Of a DNA stretch of 64,000 bases, positions 52,857-64,000 are shown piece after piece. This DNA comes from Trichoplax sp. H2 (Eukaryota): positions 372,001-436,000 of the forward strand of contig NOWV01000010.1 in the NCBI GenBank assembly GCA_003344405.1. The letters are read 5' to 3'. A program made the translations under genes and the position numbers. The notes under the pieces are model-generated. The model had not been told where the DNA came from, searched no databases, and saw only the letters and a program-made list of their open reading frames with translations. How positions within the stretch are numbered: the first letter of the stretch is position 1; every line of letters begins with the position of its first letter.

Positions 52857-54267
52857 ACGAGGACAATACATTACGGCAATAGATCATACTATCTCGAGAA
52901 ATTTGGTAGGCGTAAAATGGTTGGCGCATTCATATGCTAACGTTATATCATTTTCTTGATAAATGTATCGTAACAGTAACTGTATTTTAGGCTAGTGTAA
53001 TTCAGTCATATATTACAATCTCTGTCATTACTGAAAGAATGTAATATCGTTGATTTTGTTTTGTAGCGGTTACATAATTACTTTTTTTCTAGTTATAATG
53101 ATGAAGGATATACAATTATTATTTCATAGTATCTAAGATTGAAATTTAGGCCATTATCTACGAGTTGTGATTGTTGATTAATAAATAAAGCATTTTACAT
53201 CCACTGATGTGTATCCAATGCTGTAGTAATCACAATTCTGTAATTCTCATTTATGCAGAAGGAAATAAGGGATATTTGAGAAATGTACATGGCGTAGATA
53301 AGAAGGAATCAGATTTTAAACTACCTTTCAGGAATTTATCCTAAGAATTTTTATGAAAATGACTCCTGAGTATCGCATTTAAGCTGTTAGAGCAATCATA
53401 CGATAATGTATGAGAATTATCAGTAGCTATGGAGATGGACATTAGTAAGATAGCGAATTTCAAAGAGTCGACCACTAATCATTCCTTAGAGTAAGTTAAA
53501 AATACTATGCTTGAGCCAAACTTATTAGTACCTGTGTGACCTCCAAAGCAGTATCCCAAAGATCTGCTCTTCATGTTTCCAAATTACTATGTTGTTATAA
53601 CCGACTACTCTCCTGACAAAGGATAAAGTAAAGTATTTTGCTCTTCTAAGTTGCAACTGTCAACTACTATTTTAGTTTAGGTCTAGAACTATCCTTCTAG
53701 ACTGCAATCACACAGGTAAACTTCACAACATTGAGCTACTTCTACTTTATTCCAACTAATACAATCGACACTATGTTCTCATGAAAACTACAAAATCAGA
53801 TACTAACGAGCAACATTCACAATTGCGAGTTAATAACAAAAGTTTAATCGACCTAACCTATATAGGTAGAAATCTACTACAACACAAATACTTAATCTAT
53901 ACCGTTATTCAAGGTGTATTTGTACCGTGACAATCGTGTATTGGATATAATCTTAAGTACTGCTGTACACTGATTTCATTCTTGCTACAGTATTTTCTTC
54001 CACTTGATACGCACTTAATTAAAAACTTACTATTTCCGACCATATTTGCTGTCAATAGTTTCTAAAAAAGAATAGCAAAACACCTATTACACTTGAACTA
54101 TCAAATTCTATAGTTTATACTTTTAATATATATCACTAGAGTTCCTGTAGGCATCTCATACTATATGTACGGGCAAGCTATCAAGTAAGAATTTGTCGAT
54201 TTTCGATACAAATTCTGAATCTTCAAATAGAGCTTACCAAATAATTATGAGCTAATACTACAGGTAT

Positions 54268-54327
54268 TTGTAGTGATTTTAGCTAATTACAGTAGTTTTA
54301 CGTAGGGCTAACAACCCGTGCACTACA
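54268..54327. repeat. Dispersed repeat; inverted copy split at 58050-58075 and 58516-58546
   Basis: tagggctaacaacccgtgcactaca (from 54303) is the reverse complement of tgtagtgtacgggttgttagcccta (58051-58075) with 1 mismatch. tgtagtgattttagctaattacagtagtttt matches 58516-58546 inverted, with 1 mismatch. Confidence 0.8.
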
Positions 54328-56787
54328 GTATTATACTCGCTGAACGTGTACAAAGTTGCGAAGTAAGTTGTGAGCTAATGATATGCATGTTAATAATAAT
54401 ATGCATTAGTACATCAGATTTGAGTCTTATTCGGATAGGAAATTATCGCTATAAAGCTAACAAGACCCCAGAATCAAAGATACGCGTACATTATAATAAA
54501 ATTAAATTAAGTTAAATTAATATTGTGTTTGAACTAGTTAAACTTTAACAATATTAGAATCTCCTTGTTGAAATCTATCGTGAATAAGGAAGATCACATT
54601 CTATCTTATCATATCATCATTTTATTTTATGATTTGTTGAACATCTCATTTTATAGCTCATGCAGAACCAAATATGAGCTAAAAATTTACTCATTATATA
54701 TTTTTACGGCAATTATTATTTAAACGGATAATGAGCCAAATTATGCCTCTGTGAGAAAAAGTTATAAGTTATGCTTGTAGTCGGGCCAAATATATTTATT
54801 TTTAATAGATCTAGTTGAATATTTTAAAAATTACCTTAAACATGTCTCTTAACTGTAAAACATGTCCTAGGCATGAATTAACAAACATCGATAGAAAAAT
54901 GTTATCTGGCCCAGTAAATCGAGGTAATATATTGTCTCATGTAAAGATGAAATTAGTGCAAGTGTTTAATATAAGAATTTGTTGCTGGAATGTAATTATA
55001 ATCGCTGTTAGCAAATCGAAAAATATGTTTTGATTCGATTATCCGTATCAATATTGCGAAATAATTAGCTTATAAGAAAAAGCTCTGGCTGCTAATTACG
55101 CCCTCAAAGTAAACGTCTCATTAGTCGTTTTTACGGACGCATTTCATTATTACTAGAATATCTAAGTACAATATCAATTCATTCAATTTTCATATTATAT
55201 CACATTAATGTACTTAAGCAGGAGCGGTTACAATCTCTAGAGTTTAACTAAAATTCTGTTTATATTTAGTACTATACGATATGACGATTGGTTTATCCTC
55301 TAACTCTATCCAGTAAAACAGATTTTTTATGTACTGTATATCTATTTATCCGCTAACCTTTCGTAGAGTAGAGTAATTAACATTGTAAAGGCAATCTCGA
55401 TCTAGATAAGCAGTAGACTTTGACTAGAGTACTCCTTATACTGCCTTAATTTAATCACAAATGAGGTGATGCTATCCTACATCTGAAGAATCCAAAGCAT
55501 TTTTAATTAGTTATACTTTAATCGAGAAAGACCATCAACTACCACATCTATATATTCTATAACTAACATATGCAGGGTTTAACTCTTTATCAACAGTAAA
55601 TCGTCCTGATTATAATTATCAATATTTTAATGATCATAAGAATTTAGAGTACTATACATACCGTATACAATACAGCTAGTAATTAGATCTTTAATTACGT
55701 AAACTGAAGAGAATATATAAATTTTAAATTATAGAGAATATGATACCAGTTTAATTCATCTCATAAATAATATGCTGCAACTAAAGAATATTTTGAAAGT
55801 GATAATATTTTAGACTTTATTTCACTTATGTACAGTACTCAGTAGGCATCTAATATTTTACACGGGAAATTTAATTTTTCACTATAATTGATTACATACG
55901 GTACCGCATTTATTAAAAACCAAATAGTGAATAGTTAATGCATGGAAATTACTAAATTCACTCGTAATGAAATCCAAGGAAATAAAATAACGTTAGAAAA
56001 AGGTTTCAAAGACCTAAAAACAAGAAGAAATAGATAAGATTTGATTGATTTTCTTTCATAAAAAATAGCTAAATCTTAGCTCATTAATGGAAAATAGCCT
56101 TGTAACTAAGTCTCTTGAAGGCATTACTTGTTATCTTTATGAAATGCAACTATTAAGGTACATTAGTATGCTAGTAAAAATGTATGAAAATAAAGACGAT
56201 AGTGCTAGATGATGTCCCGACAATTCTTTGTTTACAGCAGCTAGCATGTAGAATACAGTATGTTACTATAAGCCATTAGAATGGCTTTAATCGAAATAAT
56301 TTACTAACATTTTAGCTAATAACGAGCGGTTTTGGCTTATAGCTTACGAGATATATTTTCCTTCGTAGATTAATTAATCAATATGTAATATGGCATATTT
56401 ATATAACAAATATCAGTCTATTTTTAAAAGCGGGCTAGGATGACTTCGAGACTGACCAACATGAATCTGCAGTAGGTTGAATACTTCTGTTTCTTAAGTG
56501 ATGTTCCTTTCACTATTGAGCACTGCTGTCATTTCATATGAAAACTCAGATAATTTTGATTGTTAACGCTATATTCTTACCAAGCAATTAATCGCTTATC
56601 TATGAAAATAACTGAAGGATATTGTCATAAACAATCAAGTTAATTAGGGAACAAAAGGTCAAAGTTCGATAATCCAATTAGTGTCGTACTAAATCGATAC
56701 TGGATAGTCTATTGAATTCGTTAAAGTCAACAAATAATTACGGTATCTGCTTCAGCCAACATAACCAGTAGCACCTTAGCAGTACGT

Positions 56788-56794
56788 TATAAAA
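56788..56794 (+). promoter_or_regulatory. TATA box of lipase 3
   Basis: TATAAAA about 30 nt upstream of an initiator-like TTCATTT (~56817) and 84 nt upstream of the ATG. Confidence 0.6.
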
Positions 56795-56871
56795 AGCTAG
56801 AATAGAATATATCTGCTTCATTTACTAATTGTTAATGACATAGTCGAATTGGCATTAGTTGAATCCTAATC

Positions 56872-59800
56872 ATGTTCAAGCAATTGCTCGTAGTTGCAGC
56901 TGTTGCTGCAGTTGCCTTGGCTAGACCAGAGCCTCGATGTAAGTATGATTTTCATTCCTTTCAAAAATTTTCTAGATCATATCTTAAGGTCGATACTGTA
57001 CTTTCTCCTAATACAGTATAAGCGTAATCAGAAATCATATGATAATTTAGCACGTTTAATCTACATTCTGAAAAGAGTTCTTTTTTTGTAGTCTAGCAAT
57101 AAAATTTTAAGATTTCAACCAATTTATAGTGATATGAGTATGGGTAATATTTTACACAAATTCGAGCTGGCACATTTATAAGTTAGGATGAGAAATTTCG
57201 TGCTAATACAATCCCTAGTTTTAACTTGGATAGATAATAAATCTACAGTACTGTATATTCGTATATAACTATAGCTAATAGCTGAGTATTAAAAAATAGA
57301 GTAGTACCTATTTGTAGTCAACACTTTTAATACTGCGATAGATTAACGATAATGGGTAATGTTAATCAACTATATTAATAAATTCAACTTTGCCAACTCT
57401 ATTCAGTCATAGTCTTAAAATAGACTTCCCATTAATTACGGAAACTAATCATTAGTTAAAATAAATACAATTTCATTGTTATAGTAAATCTCACTATTTA
57501 TCTCAACCTTAATTTATTCCAATTAGTCATATTAAGTCAAACATTTGCAAATTAAAAACCGTAGTCTAGAAATGAATAGTACAGATTTTATAATAATCGG
57601 AGTTTGGTCAAGGAGAGATCGCATAAATAAGTCACTGCAGCTTTAGGCTTGAGAATTTTCTTAACTACGTGGCATCTATTGCCACAGAATGGTAGAACTG
57701 CAGATTATAATCATTAACATTTCAATACATTCTTAATGAAAGCAAAAGGTTTATTTACTCTAGTTGTTGACTTATTTTGAAGCTTAAGTCTAATATCATA
57801 AACAACAACATTTTTAACAATGTCAATTACGAAGCTAGCATAAAAAACTAAAGATGGTGCAATAAATTAATTTGATAGTTACAATTTTTGGCCGAATTTC
57901 GTCATAATAAATAATATTTAAAAATTAGAGATTTTAATCTCACATAAGTTTTATCTACCGGCATTGATAAATTGTCAAAGTATTAATCAACACTATATCG
58001 ATAATTAAAATTAAAATTAGATCACCTGTTAGTATTATTACGACAACCATTGTAGTGTACGGGTTGTTAGCCCTAGGTTCGTAATCCGTCAACTCAAAAT
58101 TCTGAGTTGTTAAAATCGAGCAAATCCCTAATGTGATACAAAATAGTCAACACCGTATAATTGACTCATAACAGTTAAGTTTATTAATGTCCATGTATCA
58201 TCCGTCAGAGAAGAATTCCAATTTCTTCCGCTGCTAATAAAAGTCGAAAATGGCTAAGATAAACCGGATAATCGACTTAGCCTCCACGATAACAGTTCTA
58301 TACAGCTTATACAAATTATCATCAATTGCTCCTCTACATAGGAGTCATCAATCACATTAGTACTTTGCTTAACAACATTACTTAATATGGCTATCAGCTA
58401 CGGCCTTATATAGCACATACTAAATGTTTGCCGTTTCATCATACTAGCCTTATCAGCACTTACTTTATTAAGACATACAGTTCTACACTACATACTTTGG
58501 CTGTATTGCCTACACAAAACTACTGTAATTAGCTGAAATCACTACAACCATTTACCTATCTAATATGCTGTAGTATCCATACTGATCAATAATATAATGT
58601 AGCATCTATTAACATACAGCTAGCTCGAAATCGGTATCGGAAATTGGTTAATGTCATCCAGTATGATTAACTCAAATAATAGCTCATTAATGATCAACTA
58701 TGAAAGTCTTGTGATTACCATCTGATCATTTATTTCTCACTATTATTCGTTCAAGTTCGATTTATCAACTGATAACTTCTTTATCAAGAAATGTATTCAC
58801 GACTGGTATAGCATCGTTCTAACTTATCTGAGCTGTAAATTACTTATCGTGTACAGTAAATTAATAAGGAATTTCTATCCTCATTTGGGTTGATATTCCA
58901 TGAAAATAAATAGAGCTCTCAGTATCTATTTTATAATTATGAACAAGTAGGATTATTACTTGCTAATAATATTTTCTATCAAATCTTTTATTTAATACTG
59001 TAGCAACCATGTGCGATCCCGATCCCAAATTGGGATGCTACTCTGATACTGGACCATGGGATAGATGGTTTTTCCCACTCCCTAAGCCATCCAATAAAAT
59101 TGGAACCAAATTCTACTTGTATACCCGTGGATATAGTTCCTCCCAAACCCTCGACTACAATAACCCATCTTCTATCTCTGGTTCTCGTTTCAATGGTAAC
59201 ATTGATACCAAAATCATTATCCACGGGTTCAACAGCGATTCTACTTCCGCTTGGATGCATAATATGAAGAACGCTTTCTTGAACAAGGGCTACTTTAATG
59301 TTATCCTCGTTGACTGGGGTGGCGGTGCCAAGACTCTCGACTATGATCAAGCTAGTGCTAACACCCGTGTTGTTGGTGACATGGTTGGAGAATTAGCTAA
59401 GGCTTTACCAACCAGTAAGAGCAGAGTTCATATTATCGGTCACAGTTTGGGTGCCCATACAGCCAGCTTTGCTAGTAAGTTAGCTGCTCGTATTATAATT
59501 GAACGAAAGTTAACAATTTATTCTAAAAGGGTAGTGATTGTAATCATCGTGTTCTAAGTACATTTATATAGTTTAATTGGAGTTCATTGACTGTATATGA
59601 ATATACATTATAATTATTGCAATATTCTTATATAGGTGTTAGACTTAATAAGGCCGGACGTGTCAGCGGTCTTGACCCTGCCGATCCTAACTTCCAAGGA
59701 CAATCTACTGCTGCTAGATTAGACAAGACTGATGCCGACTTTGTTGATGTTATCCATAGTGATGCCGATACCTTCTTGTTAGGTGCTGGTTATGGTACCA

Positions 59801-61039
59801 AAGATGCTTCTGGCCATCTTGATTTCTGGCCTAATGGTGGTGAAGATCAACCCCAATGCGGTTTATTCAAGGATGTCCAAAAGAACATGAACGGCATGAG
59901 CCAAAGAGGGGACATTGGCTGCGATCACGGTGCTGCACACACATACTACGTAGAATCTATCAACTCTGCTTGCGATTTCGTCGCTAAGCCTTGCTCTAGC
60001 TACAGCAACTATAAATCGGGCAGTTGTGCTAGTTGTTTCGGCAATCCATGCCCAATCATGGGTTACAGAGCTGTAGAATTCAAGAACTACTACTACTACA
60101 ACTATAGACTTTTCTTGACTACCAACAAGAGCGCACCATACTGCTGTAGGTTTTTAGCAATACGCAACTAAGTAGTACTTAATTAAGGCCATTTATTACT
60201 CATTGAACTTATCATCATTAAATGATTTTATTATCTGCTGTTGCTGACATTATATTGAGGATCGCCAGGCCACAATACCATGGGGAACACTTTCGTTAAG
60301 ATTGATAGACTAGTTTAGTTATCATTATTGTTTAACTAATAATGGTAGTTCACTGAATTTGTTACCGTACTTTGGTTACTAGATGATTACGATTCAATCT
60401 AGCGATATTTTAAGTCAAGGAAGGAATTTTAAATCAAAAATGAGCGATGTCGTAATATTATCAAACTAGTTTAATACTTGAAAAACAGTTTAAAAATCTG
60501 TGTAATTTTGAAACTTACGATACTATAGCTAAATTTTTACTTAGCCGCAATTTTCTTTCTGTTCAATTTTAAATTATCATACCATAATACGCATATATTA
60601 TTCGGTGTACAAGACGTATGATTGAGCTTATAGTATTACCGTAATATATATATATCAGGTTAACATTGGTATTAAGATTATCAAAATATTTATATCGCAG
60701 CTAGCGCCAAATCTGCCAAGTCCGTTGTAGAACAACTTGGTGGCTCAGAATTAGCAGCAGAAGATGCCAAATTAAAGTAAGTACCGTAATAAGTACCGCT
60801 AAAATTCTGTCTTAAAATTCGTCGAATTGAACATAATCTCTTTCGCAGCATATCAGCTTTTAATAATCTAATTGTTAGTAAAGTTTAGTAATTGTAGATT
60901 TTGTATTTAACTGTATAATTTCTAGATTACTTATGTTCAATTTTCACTTTAAAGCTTGCTCTAGCTATGAATCAGTTTTCAAACATCATAACTGATAAAA
61001 TATACATTTGTATTTACATTTTATAGAAGAATGGAATAA
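56872..61039 (+). CDS. Secreted pancreatic-lipase-family enzyme 3 lacking the PLAT domain (5 coding exons)
   Basis: MFKQLLVVAAVAAVALARPEPR|STMCDPDPKLGC; GHSLG, VSGLDPA and CDH triad. After PYC it splices to 60701-60776 and 61027-61039, giving the tail SSAKSAKSVVEQLGGSELAAEDAKLKRME*. The catalytic domain is certain; the tail exons are inferred from splice sites. Confidence 0.9.
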
Positions 61040-61615
61040 ATAGACCAATAAGATTGATATCTTCATTAGGACGTTTCAAGTAAGTTTTAGCTAATAACAA
61101 AATTATATCATATTAGAATAATACTATTAAAATATTAAAATCTGTATCTACTATTAGCACATTCACATGTATAATATAAGCTAATGGAATCAATTGATTT
61201 TATATCTTGACGCTAATGATATTAATATTTTCTATATTCGTATTATTAGATAACCTCGATACCCTCGGTTGTGAAGACACCTTGAATTTGATAGCATAGT
61301 GCTGAATATCATGAATAGTAGATAATGATAGAAAATTCGTGTAGGGTAGCATTAATGTGTTCCTATACACGAGTATCAATTTTCTCTTAGTTTACGATGA
61401 CCTATAAAATAGCTGTCTAATCGTTTTGTTTCCATTTTAATATTGCAATATCCTAATCTAGTTGTAATTAAAATGAAACTTTTGCAAAGAATGATTATCT
61501 TCCATTTTCGTAACTGAGTTCTCGATCTTGTCAGCTATCCTAAAATGATCCTAGATATTATACCAATCATTTTGAGGAAGATTTGCTTTTGCAAACTCAT
61601 TAATTTCATTAGAGT

Positions 61616-61697
61616 ACTAGTACAAACTCACGTCGCTTTGCTGACGGTTTACGATAATGCACCCATTTATTAATAATTAACAGATAGTATTACCATT
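61616..61697 (-). mobile_element. Helitron-like 3' terminus, copy 2
   Basis: actagtacaaactcacgtcgctttgctgacggtttacgataatg...taacagatagtattaccatt matches 24114-24185. Confidence 0.55.
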
Positions 61698-62453
61698 CGA
61701 CATTATATATACCCTGGTAATAGCCAGGCACTACTGTATTCACAGCACAGCTATGCTTGTGAATACTACTTTTCAATAATGCATTCACGGATAAAGCTTG
61801 CTCTGTCGTTAACAACCGTTATAAGAAAATATAACAATCAAAATGGCTGTGTAGAAAACTCTATAAAGATTCTATGTTTATTCAATTTTCATCAGAGTAT
61901 TACATCAAATCAAAATTGAAAGGCCCAGTGGCCACCCTTAGCGATATAACGAATACTATTTTAATAATCAGTACTCTGCAGAAATTACTACCTTAGAGCT
62001 ATTCGTTTTACATGAAGAAATCTTGAGGTAAAAAGTACTGTAAGAATCTTATACTGACCTATTGAAATGAACCCATAATCACAGTCATCTAACAGTAGTA
62101 TAAATACCCCCCCCCCGCTGCTCATTTAAAAAGGTGGGTAGTGGGATTATACGGTAGCGGTAGCAAGAAACCAAAATAAAAATTGTGAAGAGATCACTAT
62201 TCACCTTCAATTTATATAAGAATAGCAGTAGCAGTTCTAGTCGATTTAGTAGATGGAGTTACAATTCATGAGTATATAGATAGCATTGTATCTAATTTTA
62301 GGTAGTAATAATTTCTTCTCTACTTTATGGGGCAAAAAGTCTGCCCTTAAATGTAAAGGTTTAACCTTTACAGTCTTTACAAAAATAATGTCGCTCCGTT
62401 CGAGCTAGGGCTGTAGCGGCAGAGATGATACTACTTGATCACTCGATCGACAA

Positions 62454-62597
62454 CACTTTACGTGTCAAACTGATATCCAAAAGACTGTAGTAAACGGGTA
62501 GAATGCATAATTTTTATTTTAACCTCTACAGTACAGTTATTTCCTCAATTTGTCCGTTTTCAACAGTCTTTGGACATCAATTTTGCACAGTGCAGTG
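62454..62597. repeat. Degenerate fold-back (MITE-like) element with about 45-bp imperfect inverted arms
   Basis: gtgtcaaactgatatccaaaagactgtagtaaacgg pairs with ccgttttcaacagtctttggacatcaattttgcac. The ends read CACT...AGTG. Confidence 0.6.
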
Positions 62598-63200
62598 CCT
62601 AGCGGCCTGGTAAAGCAAAGGGAGACAACCATATGGTGATAACCATGACATTGTTTTTTGGAAAGGCTGTCAAAATTAAAAATTTTGATTGCAAACCATC
62701 GGGATCAAAGTTTAAAATCTCTATTCTCATTCTTGTTAATCATCTTCATCGCAAGTTTTATTCTCCGCCATTGCACCATTCCATAAAGTAAAGCTACACC
62801 GCCATACTATCAAGTGCGTCTAACCATAATACTTCTAGGCCCAGCTGGTGGTTTATACGAATTTGGCCGCGAGTATTTTTTTTTTAAGGACAAGTTTTTA
62901 GTCTGAGGACATGGCCATAACATATTATGTATATTTTATACACGTGACCTTTATTACCATCACAGTGGAGTACTTAACTGTACAATGCAGTATTCGCCAT
63001 ATTACACCTATAGGTGTTAATAATCGAACTCTCACTAATTTTTTCCCCCACAGAGGTGTCTGGAGTTTTCTTCACTTTAGAAGTAATCTCTGGCCTTCGC
63101 GAGATCCGTAGTGTTGGAAGCAGAGACAGAGCGGATCTCCTTCATTGACTTATAACTAGTCGAATCGTTAGTATTAGCAGTATTAACTGAGTCCTAAATC

Positions 63201-63264
63201 ATGTTGAAGCAATTACTCTTTGTTACACTCTTAGTTTTTACCCTGGCTAAATCAAGAGCGGATG
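63201..63264 (+). CDS. First (signal peptide) exon of a probable fourth lipase paralogue; gene continues beyond the window
   Basis: MLKQLLFVTLLVFTLAKSRAD followed by a phase-1 donor G|gtaaga. The 5'UTR and first codons align with lipase 3 (atctccttcattgact vs atctgcttcatttact; gtcctaaatcATGTTGAAGCAATTACTC vs atcctaatcATGTTCAAGCAATTGCTC). Confidence 0.7.
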
Positions 63265-64000
63265 GTAAGATTAAATTGAATTTTAAAAGTTTCTGCAAGC
63301 CCATGCAATCTGACAGAATTTACAATTTAACGTAATAATTAGATATCCCTATTATGGAATCTACACCCAGTATTGTTGGGTACTGCTGCTGCAGTTGATC
63401 TGATCAACGTAGGCAAATTGTCTAATCCACGTTTTAGATTACAATTTCCCATTTTCAAGATTATCTAATGATAACAAAATCCGATCTAAAATGGAAGCCA
63501 CAAAACAAAGTTGAATTACACTATCTTTAGCTTTCATTGCTAACTTAACACTAAACATTGTATAAATCTTTTTCACCGATGCCTTACTGAATTTCAGTAC
63601 AGAAACAGTCTTCGAAAAGATTGTATTAACATTAAATGATGCCATTTTTATTATACTCTTTAGAACAGGCGTGTGACTTGTTGAGGTATGGCTCAACTAT
63701 AAATTGGTGATGTAGTATTCACAATCAAGCGAGACCAGATCATCATATAAATAAAATAGGATAAATGCCATAAAACATCCGATGCTATTTAAATGTAGCT
63801 TATAGAGCTGCAATTCGACTAAATGAACGGGAAGCTAGTGCTATTTTCTAACTTAGAATTCAGTGGTAAATCTATGTACACTCCATACGGTAGATATTTT
63901 CACTCACTCAGCCGTAGCACAAGGAATGCACCCAAAATAATAGCAAGACGAAAGCCAAAGCGGATAACAAATATTAATAACTTATTCCTGTCATTAATTG

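Noticed and set aside
63439-63696. 85-aa minus-strand ORF
   Set aside because: It is antisense within the first intron of the fourth lipase, with no recognisable motif. It cannot be supported without expression data.

Overview
AT-rich, gene-dense animal genomic DNA with many short spliceosomal introns. The overall character suggests a placozoan such as Trichoplax, but that is an inference and cannot be proven from this window. Intact genes from left to right: ECM29/ECPAS (minus, about 55 exons); RPS28 (minus) head-to-head with a single-exon ATG10 (plus); ASNSD1 (minus) head-to-head with GET3/ASNA1 (plus); a single-exon RING-Bbox-Bbox-coiled coil-filamin-NHL TRIM gene; a clear RADX (CXorf57) homologue (minus); and a tandem cluster of secreted pancreatic-lipase-family genes (three complete, plus the first exon of a probable fourth). 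Decayed relics of LRR-receptor and TRIM genes, a MITE, Helitron-like ends and other repeats lie between genes. The strongest non-coding signal is a set of dense 5-bp GTAC-based (CAGTA/TACTG) arrays. They sit at the 5' ends of ECM29, RPS28/ATG10, ASNSD1/GET3 and RADX, but not at the lipase or TRIM starts. All exon structures and homologies were worked out by eye and from memory of the protein families. No searches were run.
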